NCBI RefSeq assembly: GCF_963921235.1
Contig: NC_086108.1
Span: 66,652,001-66,716,000 of the forward strand
Source of the DNA: Mobula hypostoma
Lineage: Eukaryota
Direction of reading: 5' to 3'
DNA length: 64,000 nucleotides
Shown: in pieces, positions 1 to 12,599 of the stretch
Layout of the letters: every line of letters starts with the position of its first letter
Position numbering within the stretch: position 1 is the stretch's first letter
The notes under the pieces: model-generated
Databases searched by the model: none
What the model was told of the DNA's origin: nothing
Seen by the model: only the letters and a program-made list of their open reading frames with translations
Made by a program: the position numbers and the translations under genes

Positions 1-158
1 GCAGCCCTTCTGTTCCATTTTCTCTTCTTCTGATCCATCCAGATCCTCTCACACATATTTTCCTTCACTAGTTCCCTCTCCTCAGCAGCCCTGTAATGCA
101 GTTTATTTTCCCTCTCCCACATAGTTCCATCTGCCTGTCACTCAATCCATTGAGTCTC

Positions 159-2697
159 CATAGAACCACAGAAACATAGAACATTACAGCACAAAAACAG
201 GCCATTTGGCCCTTCTTGGTTGTGCCAAACCATTTTTCTGCCTAGTCCCACTGACCTGCACCATATCCCTCCATACACCTCTCATCCATGTACCTGTCCA
301 AGTTTTTCTTAAATGTTAAAAGTGAGCCCGCATTTACCACTTCATCTGGCAGCTCATTCCAACTCCCACCACTCTCTGTGTGAAGAAGCTCCCCGCTAAT
401 GTTCCCTTTAAACTTTTCCCCCTTCACCCTTAACCCATGTCCTCTGTTTTTTTTCCTTCCCTAGCCTCAGTGGAAAAAGCCTACTTGCATTCACTCTATC
501 TATACCCATCGTAATTTTATATACTATCAAATCTCCCCTCATTCTTCTACGCTCCAGGGAATAAAGTCCTAACCTATTCAACCTTTCTCTGTAACTCAGT
601 TTCTCAAGTCCCCGCAACATCCTTGTAAACCTTCTCTGCACTCTTTCAACCTTATTAATATCCTTCCTGTAATTTGGTGACCAAAACTGTACACAATATT
701 CCAAATTCAGCCTCACCAATGCCTTATACAACCTCACCATAAAATTCCAACTCTTATACTCAATACTTTGATTTTTAAAGGCCAATGTATCAAACGCTCT
801 CTTTATGACCCTATCTACCTGTGATGCCACTTTTAGGGAATTTTGTATCTGTATTTCCAGATCCCTCTGTTCTACTCACTCCTCAGTGCCCTACCATATA
901 CCTTGTACATTCTACCTTGGCTTGTCCTTCCAAAGTGCAATACCTCACACTTGTCTGTATTAAACTCCATCTGCCATTTTTCAGCCCATTTTTCCAGCTG
1001 GTCCAAATCCCTCTGCAAGCTTTGAAAACCTTCCTCTCTGTCCACTACACCTCCAATCTTTGTATCATCAGCAAATTTGCTGATCCAATTTACCACATTA
1101 TCATCCAGATCATTGATATAGATGACAAATAACAACGGACCCAGCACTGATCCCTGTGGCACACCACTAGTCACAGGCCTCCACTCAGAGAAGCAATCCT
1201 CCTCTACCACTCTCTGGCTTCTTCCATTGAGCCAATGTCTAATCCAATTTACTACCTCTTCATGTATACCTAGCGACTGAATCTTCCTAACTAACCTCGC
1301 GTGCGGGACCTTGTCAAAGGCCTTACTGAAGTCCATGTAGACAACATCCACTGCCTTCCCTTCATCCATTTTCCTGGTAACCTCCTGGAAAAACTCTAAT
1401 AGATTAGTTAAACATGACCTACCATGCACAAAGCCATGTTGACTCTCCCTAATAAGTCCCTGTCTATCCAAGTACTTGTAGATCCTATTTCTTAGTACTC
1501 CTTCCAATAATTTACCTACCACCAATGTCAAACTTACCAGCCTGTAATTTCCCGGATTACTTTTAGAGCCTTTTTAAAATTACGGAAAAACATCTGCTAT
1601 CCTCCAATCCTCCGGCACCTCACCTGTAGATACCGACATTTTAAATATATCTGCCAGGGCCCCTGTAATTTCAATACTAGTCTCCTTCGAGGTCCGAGGG
1701 AACACCCTGTCAGGTCCTGGGGATTTATCTACTCTGATTTGCATCAAGATAGCAAGCACTTGCTCCTTCTCAATCTGTATAGGTTCCATGACCTCACTAC
1801 TTGTTTTATTTTGCCTTATTTCCATTGACTCCTTGCTAGTTTCCTTAGTCAATACAGGTGTAAAAAACCCATTTAAGATCTCCCCCATTTTTCTTGGTTC
1901 CATACATAGCCAACCACTCTGATCTTCAAGAGGACCAATTTTATCCCTTACTATCCTTTTACTCTTAATATACCTATAGAAACTCTTTGGATTATCCTTC
2001 ATCTTGACTGCCAAAGCAATCTCATGTCTTCTTTTAGCCCTCCTGATTTCTTTCTTAATTTTTTTTGCACTTTTTATACTCCTCAACCACCTTATTTGCT
2101 CCCTGTTTCCTATGCATGTCATACATCTCTCTCTTCTTCTTTATTGGAGTTCCAATATCCCTTGAGAGCCAAGGTTCCTTATTCTTATTCACTTTTCCTT
2201 CAATCCTGACAGGAACATACAAACTCTGCACTCTCAAAATTTCTCCTTTGAAGGCCTCCCACTTACCAATCACATCCTTGCCAGAGAACAACCTGTCCCA
2301 ATCCACGCTTTTTATATCCTTTCTCATTTCTTCAAATTTGGCCTTTTTCCAGTTTAGAACCTCAACCCGAGGACCAGATCTGTCTTTATCCATGATCAAG
2401 TTGAAACTAATGGTGTTATGATCACTGGAACCAAAGTGTTCCCCTACACACACTTCCGTCATCTGTCCTAACTCGTTTCCTAATAGGAGATCTAATATTG
2501 CATCCTCTCTATATATTGATTTAGAAAACTTTCCTGAACACATTTTACAAACTCTAACCCATCTAGACCTTTAACAGTATGGAAATCCCAATCAATATGT
2601 GGAAATTAAAGTCCCCTACTATCACAACTTTATGTTTCCTGCAGTTGTCTGCTATCTCTCTGCAGATTTGCTCCTCCAATTCTCGCTGACTATTGGG
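159..2697 (-). mobile_element. CR1-clade LINE, 5'-truncated, frameshifted ORF2 (end of APE domain, RT, 3' UTR)
   Basis: Consecutive minus-strand ORFs (2055..2543, 1580..2122, 872..1531, 408..830, 242..427) carry the CR1 motifs LDLLL, SSDHN, KSPGPD, QHGF, YMDFSKAFDKVPH, GVPQGSVLGP, KFADD and LEYCVQFWSP. A (CATAGAA)n-type tail lies at ~159-185. Confidence 0.95.
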
Positions 2698-3097
2698 TCT
2701 CCTATCCACTCCCCCTGCTATTCTATCTGCTTACTATCCCTTCTTTATCTGGTTCCACCCCTCATCTTTCTTCCTTATCAGATTCCTTAATCTACACCCT
2801 TTTAATGCCTCCACAACATCTTCCAATCTCTTTCACTTCCTCCATCCTTTTTTCCCTCACATGACTCCATCTGCCCATCCTGACCTGAATCCACCCATTG
2901 CCTGCCAGCTCCGGCTCACACGCACCCCCTCACCTCTTTATTATGGCTATCTCCATTTCACATCCTTGGTCCTGCTGCAGGGTCTCAACCCAAAACATTG
3001 ACCGTCCCTTTGCATCCACAAATGATGTCTGATCTGCTGAGTTCCTCCAGCAACTTGTTTTTTGTTGCAAATCCCAGCATCTTCAATCTCTTGTGTA
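2698..3097 (+). mobile_element. Penelope-like element 3' tail fragment, degenerate
   Basis: Pyrimidine-rich tract followed by 'cctgctgcagggtctcaacccaaaacattgac...ctgctgagttcctccagca', homologous to the tail of the GIY-YIG-encoding copy at 59383-60463. Confidence 0.7.
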
Positions 3098-4546
3098 TCC
3101 AGGTAACAGCTCTTTCCTACTCTCTGCCACTGACAAATTAAATCAGTCTCCATTTCTGTGCTGAATATGAGCACAAGCTTAGTACCTTTTGATTTGTCTG
3201 ATTAATATCTCCTTATATTGTCAGATAATAAGCCCAGGATTGACCCATGCTCAATCCCAGGTGTACTGACTGATGCCAGTTAAGATATCAATTGAGATAT
3301 GACAATCAGTATAGACCAAGGTGGGAGATTTTTAGTTACTATTTCTGTCCACTTGTTCAGTGAAAAGCAGATGTTTGACGAGCAAAAGATCAGATTTGGT
3401 TTGCAGAGTCTAGCATTCCTTTGACTAAACTTGAAGAACCAACAGCCTGGATAATGTCTGGGAGGGTGAATGCTGCCTGAACTGGACGATCAAACATTGC
3501 CTTCAGGAGGAATTAGATTGGAAAATTATTTATAATAGTTTTGCAATATTATATCTCATTTAACAATTTTTTAAATTGCTGTTAACGTTCTGGTAGCTGA
3601 AATGAAATTGCTAACTTAGTGTACCTCAAAATAATTTGTACCTAATGGTATTAATGGTCATAAATAATCATGTTATTTAATCAAACTATAATGTGAGATA
3701 ATTGTTCCACAGAACCTATATATATTAGAAAGCAAAAGCACAATTTTTAAAAGCACAGAGAAATGCCACCCCTAAACTGGTGGTCCTGATGCACTGTGGA
3801 GCCTTTGTAGTTCACCTCTCGGCCCCATTCCACTAGAGACACAAACCTGAGGAATTTGAATTTCTTATTATAAAATTTCAGCTAATCACACCTCAACCAA
3901 GTCCCAAAGCAAATGTTTCTTCCTTTCACACAATGAGCCAAGGAGAAAGACAAAGGAATAAACAGACATACAAAGAGTGATAAGTAAAAAGTTCCCCTCT
4001 TCCAGTGTTTGAATCCTTGCTTTTTTTTACTCTTGAGTTTGTGCAATGCCAGTGAAGATTTTTTAGAATACATTTACAAGCAATAGATTTGATCCAAACT
4101 GGTAGCTGAACTTGTTCGGCATAAATCTTAGGTTATTAACTCAGAGTCAAAACCAAGAGAGATTCCCACTTCCAGGGAGTCTGACTTAATTTTGTTCTTA
4201 TGTCAGCTCAGGTCATGACTCCAGTGAAAGGATATGCTTACACTGTAACTAATGTGAAACAAATCCACTTCCTGATTCTACAGCTGTATTGTAAATTATA
4301 TTTACTTTCAGATAAGCAATTATTTAAAACAATATAACAATTATTTTACTTCCACTTAATTATTCAGTCCTCCCTGTTTGATTTCATTGTGACTTTGAAC
4401 AGTTATGCCTTTTGCTGTTTTTCTTCACCAGCAACAGACTTCAATGGCCTTTAGCTTATGTTTGCAGATTTTTTGACAGTTTTCTCTACCATCCGTACCT
4501 GGCTCCCAAGTAAAATTTCACAGCGGTTGCAAACCATTATATTAGG

Positions 4547-4665
4547 TTCTGAAGAAGGGTCTCAGCCCAAAACATTTGCTTCCATAGATGCAGCCTGACC
4601 TGCTGAGTTCCTCCAGAATTTAGTGTGTGCTGCTCAAGATAGCCAGTATCTGCAGTATCTCTTGT
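4547..4665 (+). mobile_element. Penelope-like tail fragment
   Basis: 'ctgaagaagggtctcagcccaaaacatt...gatgcagcctgacctgctgagttcctccag' matches the tail shared by the other copies in this window. Confidence 0.7.
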
Positions 4666-5152
4666 AACATCATCCAGGTGTTGTTTTCCGTCTGCAGGCT
4701 ATTTAACCAGTGAAAATTTTAAACCCATCATGTAGAATGACCTCTATACATCCACAACCCCAACACAGAATTCAGAAGCAGGAAATTGGCTGAGTGTCTC
4801 TGTGTCTGATGCAGGGAGCTGGAATTGGCAGCAGTACATGAGGATTGGACTCTGGGCAATCTTGATCTAAATGATTTTGTTACTCACTTTAAATCTCAAT
4901 AGGTTACCAAAAACAAATTTGTTCACTATTCTCAGGAGGAATTTGATATTCTTGTGTGATTACCAAAACAGATTTTACTCAAGAATGGCACATTATGTAA
5001 CAAGAACCCCTGTTTATATTTGTCAGCACTATCAACTCAGAACTATCTGTGCTCTACTGGTCAAAGGCTTGTTCCTTAAGTTACTCCACTGTTGGCATTG
5101 ATATCTTAATCTACAAAACCAATATGACAGGGATCAGTTAGCATAATGGTCA

Positions 5153-5335
5153 GGTTGAGTTGTTCTCCGATCTTGGCAATCCATTTGCAATCATTTCATC
5201 ACCACCGGTGAACAGTGGACTGATGATGTCTCCACGTATGGTGACGGAATGTTTGCAAATGGATTGTCAAGATCGGACAACAACTCAACCCAACCTCCAA
5301 CCACCCGAGCTACACATTTTCCAAGTTATTTCCAG
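5153..5335. mobile_element. Inverted-repeat remnant, probably the terminus of a second Penelope-like family
   Basis: Imperfect ~52-bp inverted arms (5153-5204 and 5239-5290) and a degenerate hammerhead-like core 'ctgatgatgtc...gacggaatgtt'. Confidence 0.5.
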
Positions 5336-5574
5336 TTAACATAATGCTATTACAGCGCCATTAATCGCTAATTGGGGTTGAATTCCTGCTGTTGCCTGTA
5401 AGGAGTGTGTACCATTCTCTCTGTAACCACATGGCATTCCTCTTGTATTCCAAAGACATTTAAGGTCAGTGAATTGTAGGCATAGCAACCATTGTGGGCT
5501 GCCCAGCACAATTTGACTTGACACATTTCACTGTATGTTTCTATGTACATGTGACAAATAAAGCTAGTCTTAAT

Positions 5575-6160
5575 CCTAATTCCTTTAAGGTTGCTCTAGC
5601 TGGGGGTGGTAATAAAGACAAGCTCTCACTACCAATTAAATGCTCCCAGTGGTGTGTGCCTCAAATAGCCTCCGGCAACCCAGTCTGGCTCCTGGCCTTC
5701 ATGTGTGGCTTAGCTACTAAGTCCTGTGCAACTGTTTCTACTGACAGGAGAGGGGCAAAGGTGGATTACTGGTGCCTTAAAAGCAATCACTTTGGGCAGA
5801 TGGTGCTCGTCAGACATACTTGGCTGCTTATTCAGGAGAAGGAAAACACTATCTCAAACCTCCACTGCCTTGCAGCTATACCCACTCAGGAGTAAACCCC
5901 GAGTGATGGAGTCCCTAAAGCAGTCCTACATTGAGTTCAATGTTGACTAGCAACTCCTGCAATGCTGCTGGTAGCAAACTGTACCTGTCTCTGCTGTTCC
6001 TTTGGGTTCATCAGATGCATGGAGGGGGGAAGCTTGCTACATGGACAATGGCTTGCTCTCCATATCATACTGTCCAGACTTGCATACCTAGAGAGCTAGG
6101 ATGCAATATCCATGGTCAACTCTGACCAATAGAAGCCCTCATCTCACCTCACCTCAATCT
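5575..6160 (+). mobile_element. Probable non-autonomous element derived from an RTE-clade 5' UTR
   Basis: 'caggagaaggaaaacactatctcaaacctccactgccttgc' resembles a motif I recall from RTE-clade 5' UTRs. The segment ends in a short (CTCAC)n-like tail. Not verified by search. Confidence 0.35.
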
Positions 6161-6197
6161 TAAGTCCCTAAACATTGCAATTCTAAAACTTCCTAGA

Positions 6198-6330
6198 CCT
6201 TGTGAAGGGTCTCAGTCCAAAATATCGACTGTACTTTTTTCCATAGATGCTGCCTGGCCTGCTGAGTTCCTTCAGCATTTTGTGTATGTTGCTTGGATTT
6301 CCAGCATCTGCAGAATTTCTTTTGTTGGTG
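6198..6330 (+). mobile_element. Penelope-like tail fragment
   Basis: 'gaagggtctcagtccaaaatatcgactgt...gatgctgcctggcctgctgagttcc'. Confidence 0.7.
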
Positions 6331-7144
6331 ATTAGAATTCTAAAACTTGCCGTTTCCTTTACTAATTTCTCTAAAACCTAGCTCTTTGGTCGTCTATCTT
6401 TGTATGTGGCTTAGCCTCATTCTTTAATTGGATATTGCTCCCAAGAGGTGCCTTGGTTATTTTGCTTTACATAGATTAGATTATTGGTAGCCAGTTGCTT
6501 TACAATAAGAGTCATTTTCAAATAAGTGGTCTATTAATTGTTTATTGTAACAGGTGTAACTTGGTGTGAGGCAACGCAGCATGTAAATGTGTCTTATGAC
6601 CCTTGCATAAGTGTCTCTCCTCAAAATATTTCATAGCCCAGAAATTCCTTCAAAGACCTCCTGCAAAATAAAATTCTAATTGTGGTAAACTGGCTGCCTG
6701 AAGAGAGCAATCTACGGGCTATTTCCTGTGCTAATCAGGACAGCTGGCTCTGGACTTTTCAGCAAGTTTTGTTTGCTGCACGCATCTGTATGAGTATTTG
6801 TATGAGCACCCATACTGTCAATGGCATCAATGGGAGTGCAGTGAGCAGAATGCGTCTTCAGCACAATTTTCAAGTATATTGGTCTGAAAAAAATGACAGA
6901 TTTTGTTACTCAGAGAAACTAATTTTTACACTGCTTCCTCTGCTTTTCTTGAAACTAGGTTTTCCAGAAGTGCTTTTGCACAAAATGCTTTGCCTGTGAA
7001 GGACTTTGCTTCCTCACTTCAGGATTACTCCATGTCACACTTCGCACAATGTTGTGAAAGTCACCCAAAGTCTACACTAAAGGCTTAAAGGCTTCATTTA
7101 TTTCTCCTTCAGTCCACAGTGGCAGAGGTTGGCATAGTGGGTAC

Positions 7145-7339
7145 TGTGGTGATATCACATGTCACGTGTAAGAACGTGATTGGATAGAATTCCGAGCATG
7201 CACAGAAATGACAGCATGTTCGAGAAGCTTGTATGGTTAAGACGTGGTTGCTGTTTGCTGTTAAATAAAAGTTCTAGTTATGTCCTTCCAGAATATGGTT
7301 TGTTCTTAGTAACCCACAGTACATATCAAGAACACAACG
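7145..7339 (+). repeat. Gypsy 5' LTR (195 bp)
   Basis: Starts TGTGG and contains AATAAA. Differs from the 3' LTR by about 11 substitutions and one 8-bp indel (hand count). Confidence 0.95.
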
Positions 7340-7352
7340 TGGTGTCAGAAGT
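7340..7352 (+). promoter_or_regulatory. Primer-binding site complementary to the 3' end of tRNA-Leu
   Basis: TGGTGTCAGAAGT immediately follows the 5' LTR. It is complementary to the vertebrate tRNA-Leu 3' end ...ACTTCTGACACCA. Confidence 0.85.
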
Positions 7353-9077
7353 CGGTCTGGAAGAATAATTCATTTTGCTAACATGGGAGAAGCAAAGATA
7401 ATCGAAAACAAAAGAGTGTAAACTTTTTTGTTATTTGCTAACAGCTTCAAGAATGGAAGTTTTGCAACCCCTATCGACGCTTCAGCTGACTGGAAATGTA
7501 GCTGAAAACTGGAAAAGATTTAAACAGCGATTTGAAATTTATTTATTGGCAATCAGAGCAGAAAATAAATAGGAATAAAACGAAAGCAGCGATCCTACTC
7601 CACATGACTGGGGACGGACGATGCAGTTGAGGTATATAACCATTTTACTTTTGAGAATGGAGATAATTTGAATCTAAAAGTGATAATCGACAAGTTTGAA
7701 GCGTTTTGTATACTGAAGCGCAACGTGATGTATGAACGGTACAAATTCTTTATATGCAAGCAGAAAGCTGGTCAAATGATTGATCAGTTTGTTACAGAAT
7801 TGAGAAACCACAGAAAAACATGTGAGTTTGCAGAGCTGACGGACTTTGTCATTAAAGACAGAATTGTTTGCGGTATTCTGGATAATGCTCTGAGAGAAAG
7901 ACTCTTAAGAGAACCAGACGTAAATTTGGAAAAAGCTTTGATTCTCTGCAAAGCTTTGGAAACTGTAAAGTCGCAGGCTAAAGAGCTTTTTATTGAGAAC
8001 TGCAGCGTACATGCTGTGAATAACCACGAAGATGTTAGAAAAAAACAATGAAGCGACAACGAAACTGACGGAGAGCAAGATGTCATCTGAAAGAAAAGAA
8101 CTTTGTTATTACTGTGGGTGGCAGCACCGACCTAAAATGTGTCCAGCATATCAGAAAGTGTGCAACAATTGTGGTAAGGTTAACCATTTTTCACGCTGTT
8201 GCAGAAGCAGAAAGGAAATAAAACAAGTAAATGCAGTGCTTGAAAATGAACATGAGAAGTTTTACATAAATGTGCTTTGTGAAAATAAACAAAGTAAGAA
8301 TGACTGGACTATGCCATTGCAAGTGAACCAAAACATTATTCTGTTTAAATTGGATACTGGAGCACAAGTAAATGTTCTTGCAGAATCGGAGTTTAATGCA
8401 CTAAAGCCAAGACCAAAGTTACATCAGACAAATAGAAAAGTGACTGGGTATTCAGGTGCAGACATTCTAGTTAAAGGAACATGTGTGGCAAAAGTATCAC
8501 ACAAAAATATTGAGCACACCCTTTCATTTGTCGTAGTGCCAAAAAATGTATAGTCAATACTTGGTTTATCTGCCTGTGAGAGACTGAATTTGGTGAAAAG
8601 AATCTTAGTCCTGGACAGTGACACAGAATCAGAATACAGTGACTTGATGAAAGAGTATGAGGACTTGTTCAAAGGGCTTGGTTGTCTTCCAGGAGAGCAC
8701 ACGATTATAATTGACAACACAGTGCCACTGCCACCCGTAGTACACCCATGTAGAAAAGTACCTCTTGCATTACGTGATCAACTGAAAATAGAGCTTGACA
8801 GAATGGAACGGTTAGGGGTCATACAAAAAATTGATGAACCGACTGAATGGGTCAATTTGCTTGTTATTGTTGATAAGAAAAATGGAAAACTGAGGATTTG
8901 CTAAGATCCAAGAGACTTGAATTGAGCCATTAAAAGAGAGCATTTCAAATTGCCTACTCTTGAAGAAATTATGTCACAGTTTGCTAATGCAAAGTGCTTT
9001 ATTAAATTAGATGCATCCTCTGGACCCTGGCAACTTAAACTAGATGAACCGAGTTCAAAGTTGTGTACCTTTAATAC

Positions 9078-9408
9078 TCCTTAATACCCAGAGACTAGAC
9101 TGACATCTACATCATTTATTATTATATTGTAATTTGTCCTCTACTGTGCCTATTGTCTTATTTATTATTTATTGTACTGCCCTGCACTGTTTTGTGTGCT
9201 TTGTGTAGTCCTGTGTAGGTCTGTAGTCTAGTGTAGTTTCTGTGTTGTCTTATGTAGTCTAGTGTAGCCTTGTGTTGTCTCACTTAGTCTAGTGTAGTTT
9301 TGTGTTGTTTCACGCAGTACCATGGTCCTGGAGGAACGCTGTTTTGTTTTTACTGTGTACTGTACCAGCAGTTTATGGTTCAAATGACAATAAAAAGTGA
9401 CCTGACTT
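9078..9408 (+). mobile_element. 3' tail of a Rex1-like LINE inserted in the Gypsy RT region
   Basis: 'ctccttaatacccagagactagactgaca...catggtcctg...ctgtgtactgtaccagcag' is homologous to the LINE 3' end at ~38810-39068. Ends in a (GACTT)n-like tail. Confidence 0.8.
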
Positions 9409-10106
9409 GCATCAGCTCCTGAAGTGTGCCATAAAACTATTCACATGCTATATGAGCACATTGAGGGCGTGGATACTTCCATGGATGATATTATTGTTTG
9501 GGGATCATTTAAACAAGAGCACAACATCACACTTAGACAAGTGTTAGAGGTAACATGCAAGGCAAACCTGAAGTTGAATAAAGACAAATGTCAGCTAGGA
9601 ATGACTGAACTTACCTTTGTGGGTGATATCATCAGCAAAGATGGTGTGCGTCTTGATCCATTGAAGGTTTCTGCTATTGAGAACATGCCAAGACCGCAAT
9701 GTTCAAAGGTTTATGGGAATGGTCAACTACATGGGAAGATTCATACCCAATCTTTCAGAACAGCTTGCTCCATTGAGGCAGCTAACAGAAAAGAAAACCA
9801 AAATGGAGCTGGAATCATGAACAGGAGAAGGCATGGCAAAATCTCAAGAAACTGCTCACCAAAGAACCTGTGTTGAAATTCTAAGATGCTGAGAGACCCA
9901 TCAAAATCTCATGTGATGCATCTCAAGCAGGCTTAGGGGCAGTATTATTCCAAAAACATGATCAGGAATGGCTACCACTGGCATATGCATCTCATGCATT
10001 GTCCGATCCAGAAACGAGATATGCCCAAATTGAAAAAGAACTGCTTAGTGTTATGTTTGCTTGTGAGAGATTTCATCAGTTTGTGTCAGGGCAATCTATT
10101 GATGTT

Positions 10107-10675
10107 AGAAACATAGAAACATAGAAAATAGGTGCAGGAGTAGGCCATTCGGCCCTTCGAGCCTGCACCGCCATTTATTATGATCATGGCTGATCATCCA
10201 ACTCAGAACCCCGCCCCAGCCTTCCCTCCATACCCCCTGACCCCTGTAGCCACAAGGGCCATATCTAACTTCCTTTTAAACATAGCTAATGAACTGGCCT
10301 CAACAGTTTGCTGTGGCAGAGAATTCCACAGATTCACCACTCTCTGTGTGAAGAAGTTTTTCCTAATCTCGGTCCTAAAAGGCTTCCCCTCTATCCTCAA
10401 ACTGTGACCCCTCGTTCTGGACCTCCCCAACATCGGGAACAATCTTCCCGCATCTAGCCTGTCCAATCCCTTTAGGATCTTATACGTTTCAATCAGATCC
10501 CCTCTCAATCTTCTAAATTCCAACGAGTACAAGCCCAGTTCATCCAGTCTTTCTTCATATGAAAGACCTGCCATCCCAGGAATCAATCTGGTGAACCTTC
10601 TTTGTACTCCCTCTATGGCAAAGATGTCTTTCCTCAGATTAGGGGACCAAAACTGCACACAACAACTCTAGGTGT
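10107..10675 (-). mobile_element. Young CR1 3' fragment inserted in the Gypsy RNase H region
   Basis: ORF 10203..10658 is a CR1 ORF2 C-terminus. (AGAAACAT)n tail. Nearly identical to 48955-49510. It splits the Gypsy peptide SIDV|ETGHKPL. Confidence 0.95.
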
Positions 10676-12223
10676 TGAAACTGGTCATAAGCCTTTGATT
10701 GCATTGTTTAACAAACCTTTAAGCGACTGTCCTTTACGAATTCAGCAAATGATGATCAAATTACAAAGATATGCATTGAATGTGTCATACACACCTGGAA
10801 AATTCATGTACACGGCTGATACACTTTCCAGAGCTGTGGATCCAACAACAAAAGACAGTCACAGGAACACTATTGATGTTCAGGTATTTATTGATATGGT
10901 CATAGAAACTGTACCGGTTGCTCCCAAAAGGTTGGAACTGCTGCGTCTTGAGACAGAGAAGGACAAAATTCTCAGTCAGGTAATACAAGTGGTGATGGAT
11001 GGATGGATGGCCAGACAGTTAGCATGACTGCACCTCAGAAGTACAAGAATATTGGAACCACAGATCAGAACTTTCTGTTGTGGATGGGATATTGTACAAA
11101 GGTAGCAGAATTGTAATTCCTAAAAGCCTCCAAAATGAAATGCTTGGGAAAATTCATGAAGGCCACCTAGGTATTGAAAAGTGTATGAGAAGGGTGCAGG
11201 AAGTGATGTTTTGGCCCAGGATGAATCAAGAAATTGCAGAACTGGTGTCTTCTTGTCGAATATGCTTTAAATACCAACCTAGCAACCCTAAGGAGCCACT
11301 GCATCCACATTCTAGTCCTCAGAGATCTTATCAGAAGGTAGGCGTTGATCTATTTGTAACTGACAACAAAGATTATCTATTAATAACAGATTACTACTCT
11401 TTGTATCCTGAAGTGTGTGGTTTGCATAGAACAACAGAAAAGAATGTAATTACATGCATGGAATCTGTTTTTTCCAGACATGGTGTACCTATTGAAGTTT
11501 TCACAGACAATGGTCCACAATTCAATGGTGAACGCATGAGACATTTTGCTTAGGAATGGGGCTTTGTTCAGACAACATCTAGTCCAATTTTTCCTCAGTC
11601 CAATGGATTAGTTGAGAAGTTGGTAGGAATTATCAAAAAACTGATGCACAAAGCAAAATATAGTGGAGGTGATTTTTATGAAGCTTTGTTAGCCTATTGT
11701 AGTACTCCACTTGAATGTGGATTTTCACCTGCTCAGCTCTTGATGGGACGCCATTTGAGATCCAATCTTCCAATAAATGAGAGCCTTCTGAGAACAGAGG
11801 GAGATGAACAAGTGAAAAGATGGAAAGATGAACACAAAGCAAAGCAGAAAGCATCCTTTGACAGATGTTCTCATCCATTATCTGAACTGCACCAAGGAGA
11901 GGAAGTGAGGATACAAGACAAAATGAATACATGGGCACAGAAAGCTACAGTACTTGAAGAAGTACAACCCAGATCATACATGGTCCAAACAGAAGAAGGG
12001 GGAGTGCTAAGAAGAAATTGCAAAGACCTCAAGAAAGAGCCAACTTCGGGGTTTCATTTAACTGATGCAGGCCAGACAAAACATGAAAATAACAACAAAA
12101 CACAAAAACTGTATGAACCACTTAGAAGGTCTACTCGTGTTCGTAAACCCCCAGAGAGACTGATAGAGACGTGTTAAATTATGCATTTGTTTTGATTAAT
12201 GTTGCTAATTGTTTTTCTTTTTT

Positions 12224-12236
12224 AAGGAAAGGAAGA
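12224..12236 (+). promoter_or_regulatory. Polypurine tract
   Basis: AAGGAAAGGAAGA directly precedes the TG of the 3' LTR. Confidence 0.85.
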
Positions 12237-12439
12237 TGTGGTGATATCACATGTCATGTGTACATGTGTAAGAACGTGATTGGACAGAATTCGGAGCATG
12301 CGCAGAAATGACAGAATGTTTGAGAAGCTTGTATGGTTAAGACATGGTTGCTGTTTGCTGTTAAATAAAAGTTCTAGTTATGTTCTTCCAGAATATGGTT
12401 TGTTCTTAGTAACCCACGGTACGTATCAAGAACACAACA
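12237..12439 (+). repeat. Gypsy 3' LTR (203 bp)
   Basis: TG...CA termini, homologous to 7145-7339, followed by the TSD GGTAC. Confidence 0.95.
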
Positions 12440-12599
12440 GGTACACTTTTCAAAGTGCAGGTATTCAGAAACTACTTTCAACCCCTGATTATCTTCATGC
12501 CCTTAACCCACCCTTAGACATTGTTCTTCACCAACGTCCACGCCAACCATTTATATAAATCTGACATTCATTCCTTTTATGTTCTCTCCATTTGCTCAA

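Larger units (their letters stand above)
7453..12177 (+). pseudogene. Gypsy gag-pol pseudogene (stops, frameshifts, two insertions)
   Basis: Starts MEVLQPLSTLQLTGNVAENWKRFKQRF at 7453. Motifs: Gag RDRIV-type (KDRIVCGI), zinc knuckles CYYCGWQH and CNNCGKVNH, protease FKLDTGA, RT KLDASSG and SMDDII, RNase H CDAS and YAQIEKE, integrase HEGHLG...CRIC and TDNGPQF. Confidence 0.93.
7145..12439 (+). mobile_element. Full-length Ty3/Gypsy LTR retrotransposon, decayed, with two nested LINE insertions
   Basis: Two homologous LTRs (7145-7339 and 12237-12439), a 5-bp TSD GGTAC (7140-7144 and 12440-12444), PBS, PPT, and Gypsy domain order gag-PR-RT-RH-IN. Confidence 0.96.

Noticed and set aside
7180..7368. 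Duplicated small ORF (also 12280..12558)
   Set aside because: Chance ORFs within the two LTR copies.
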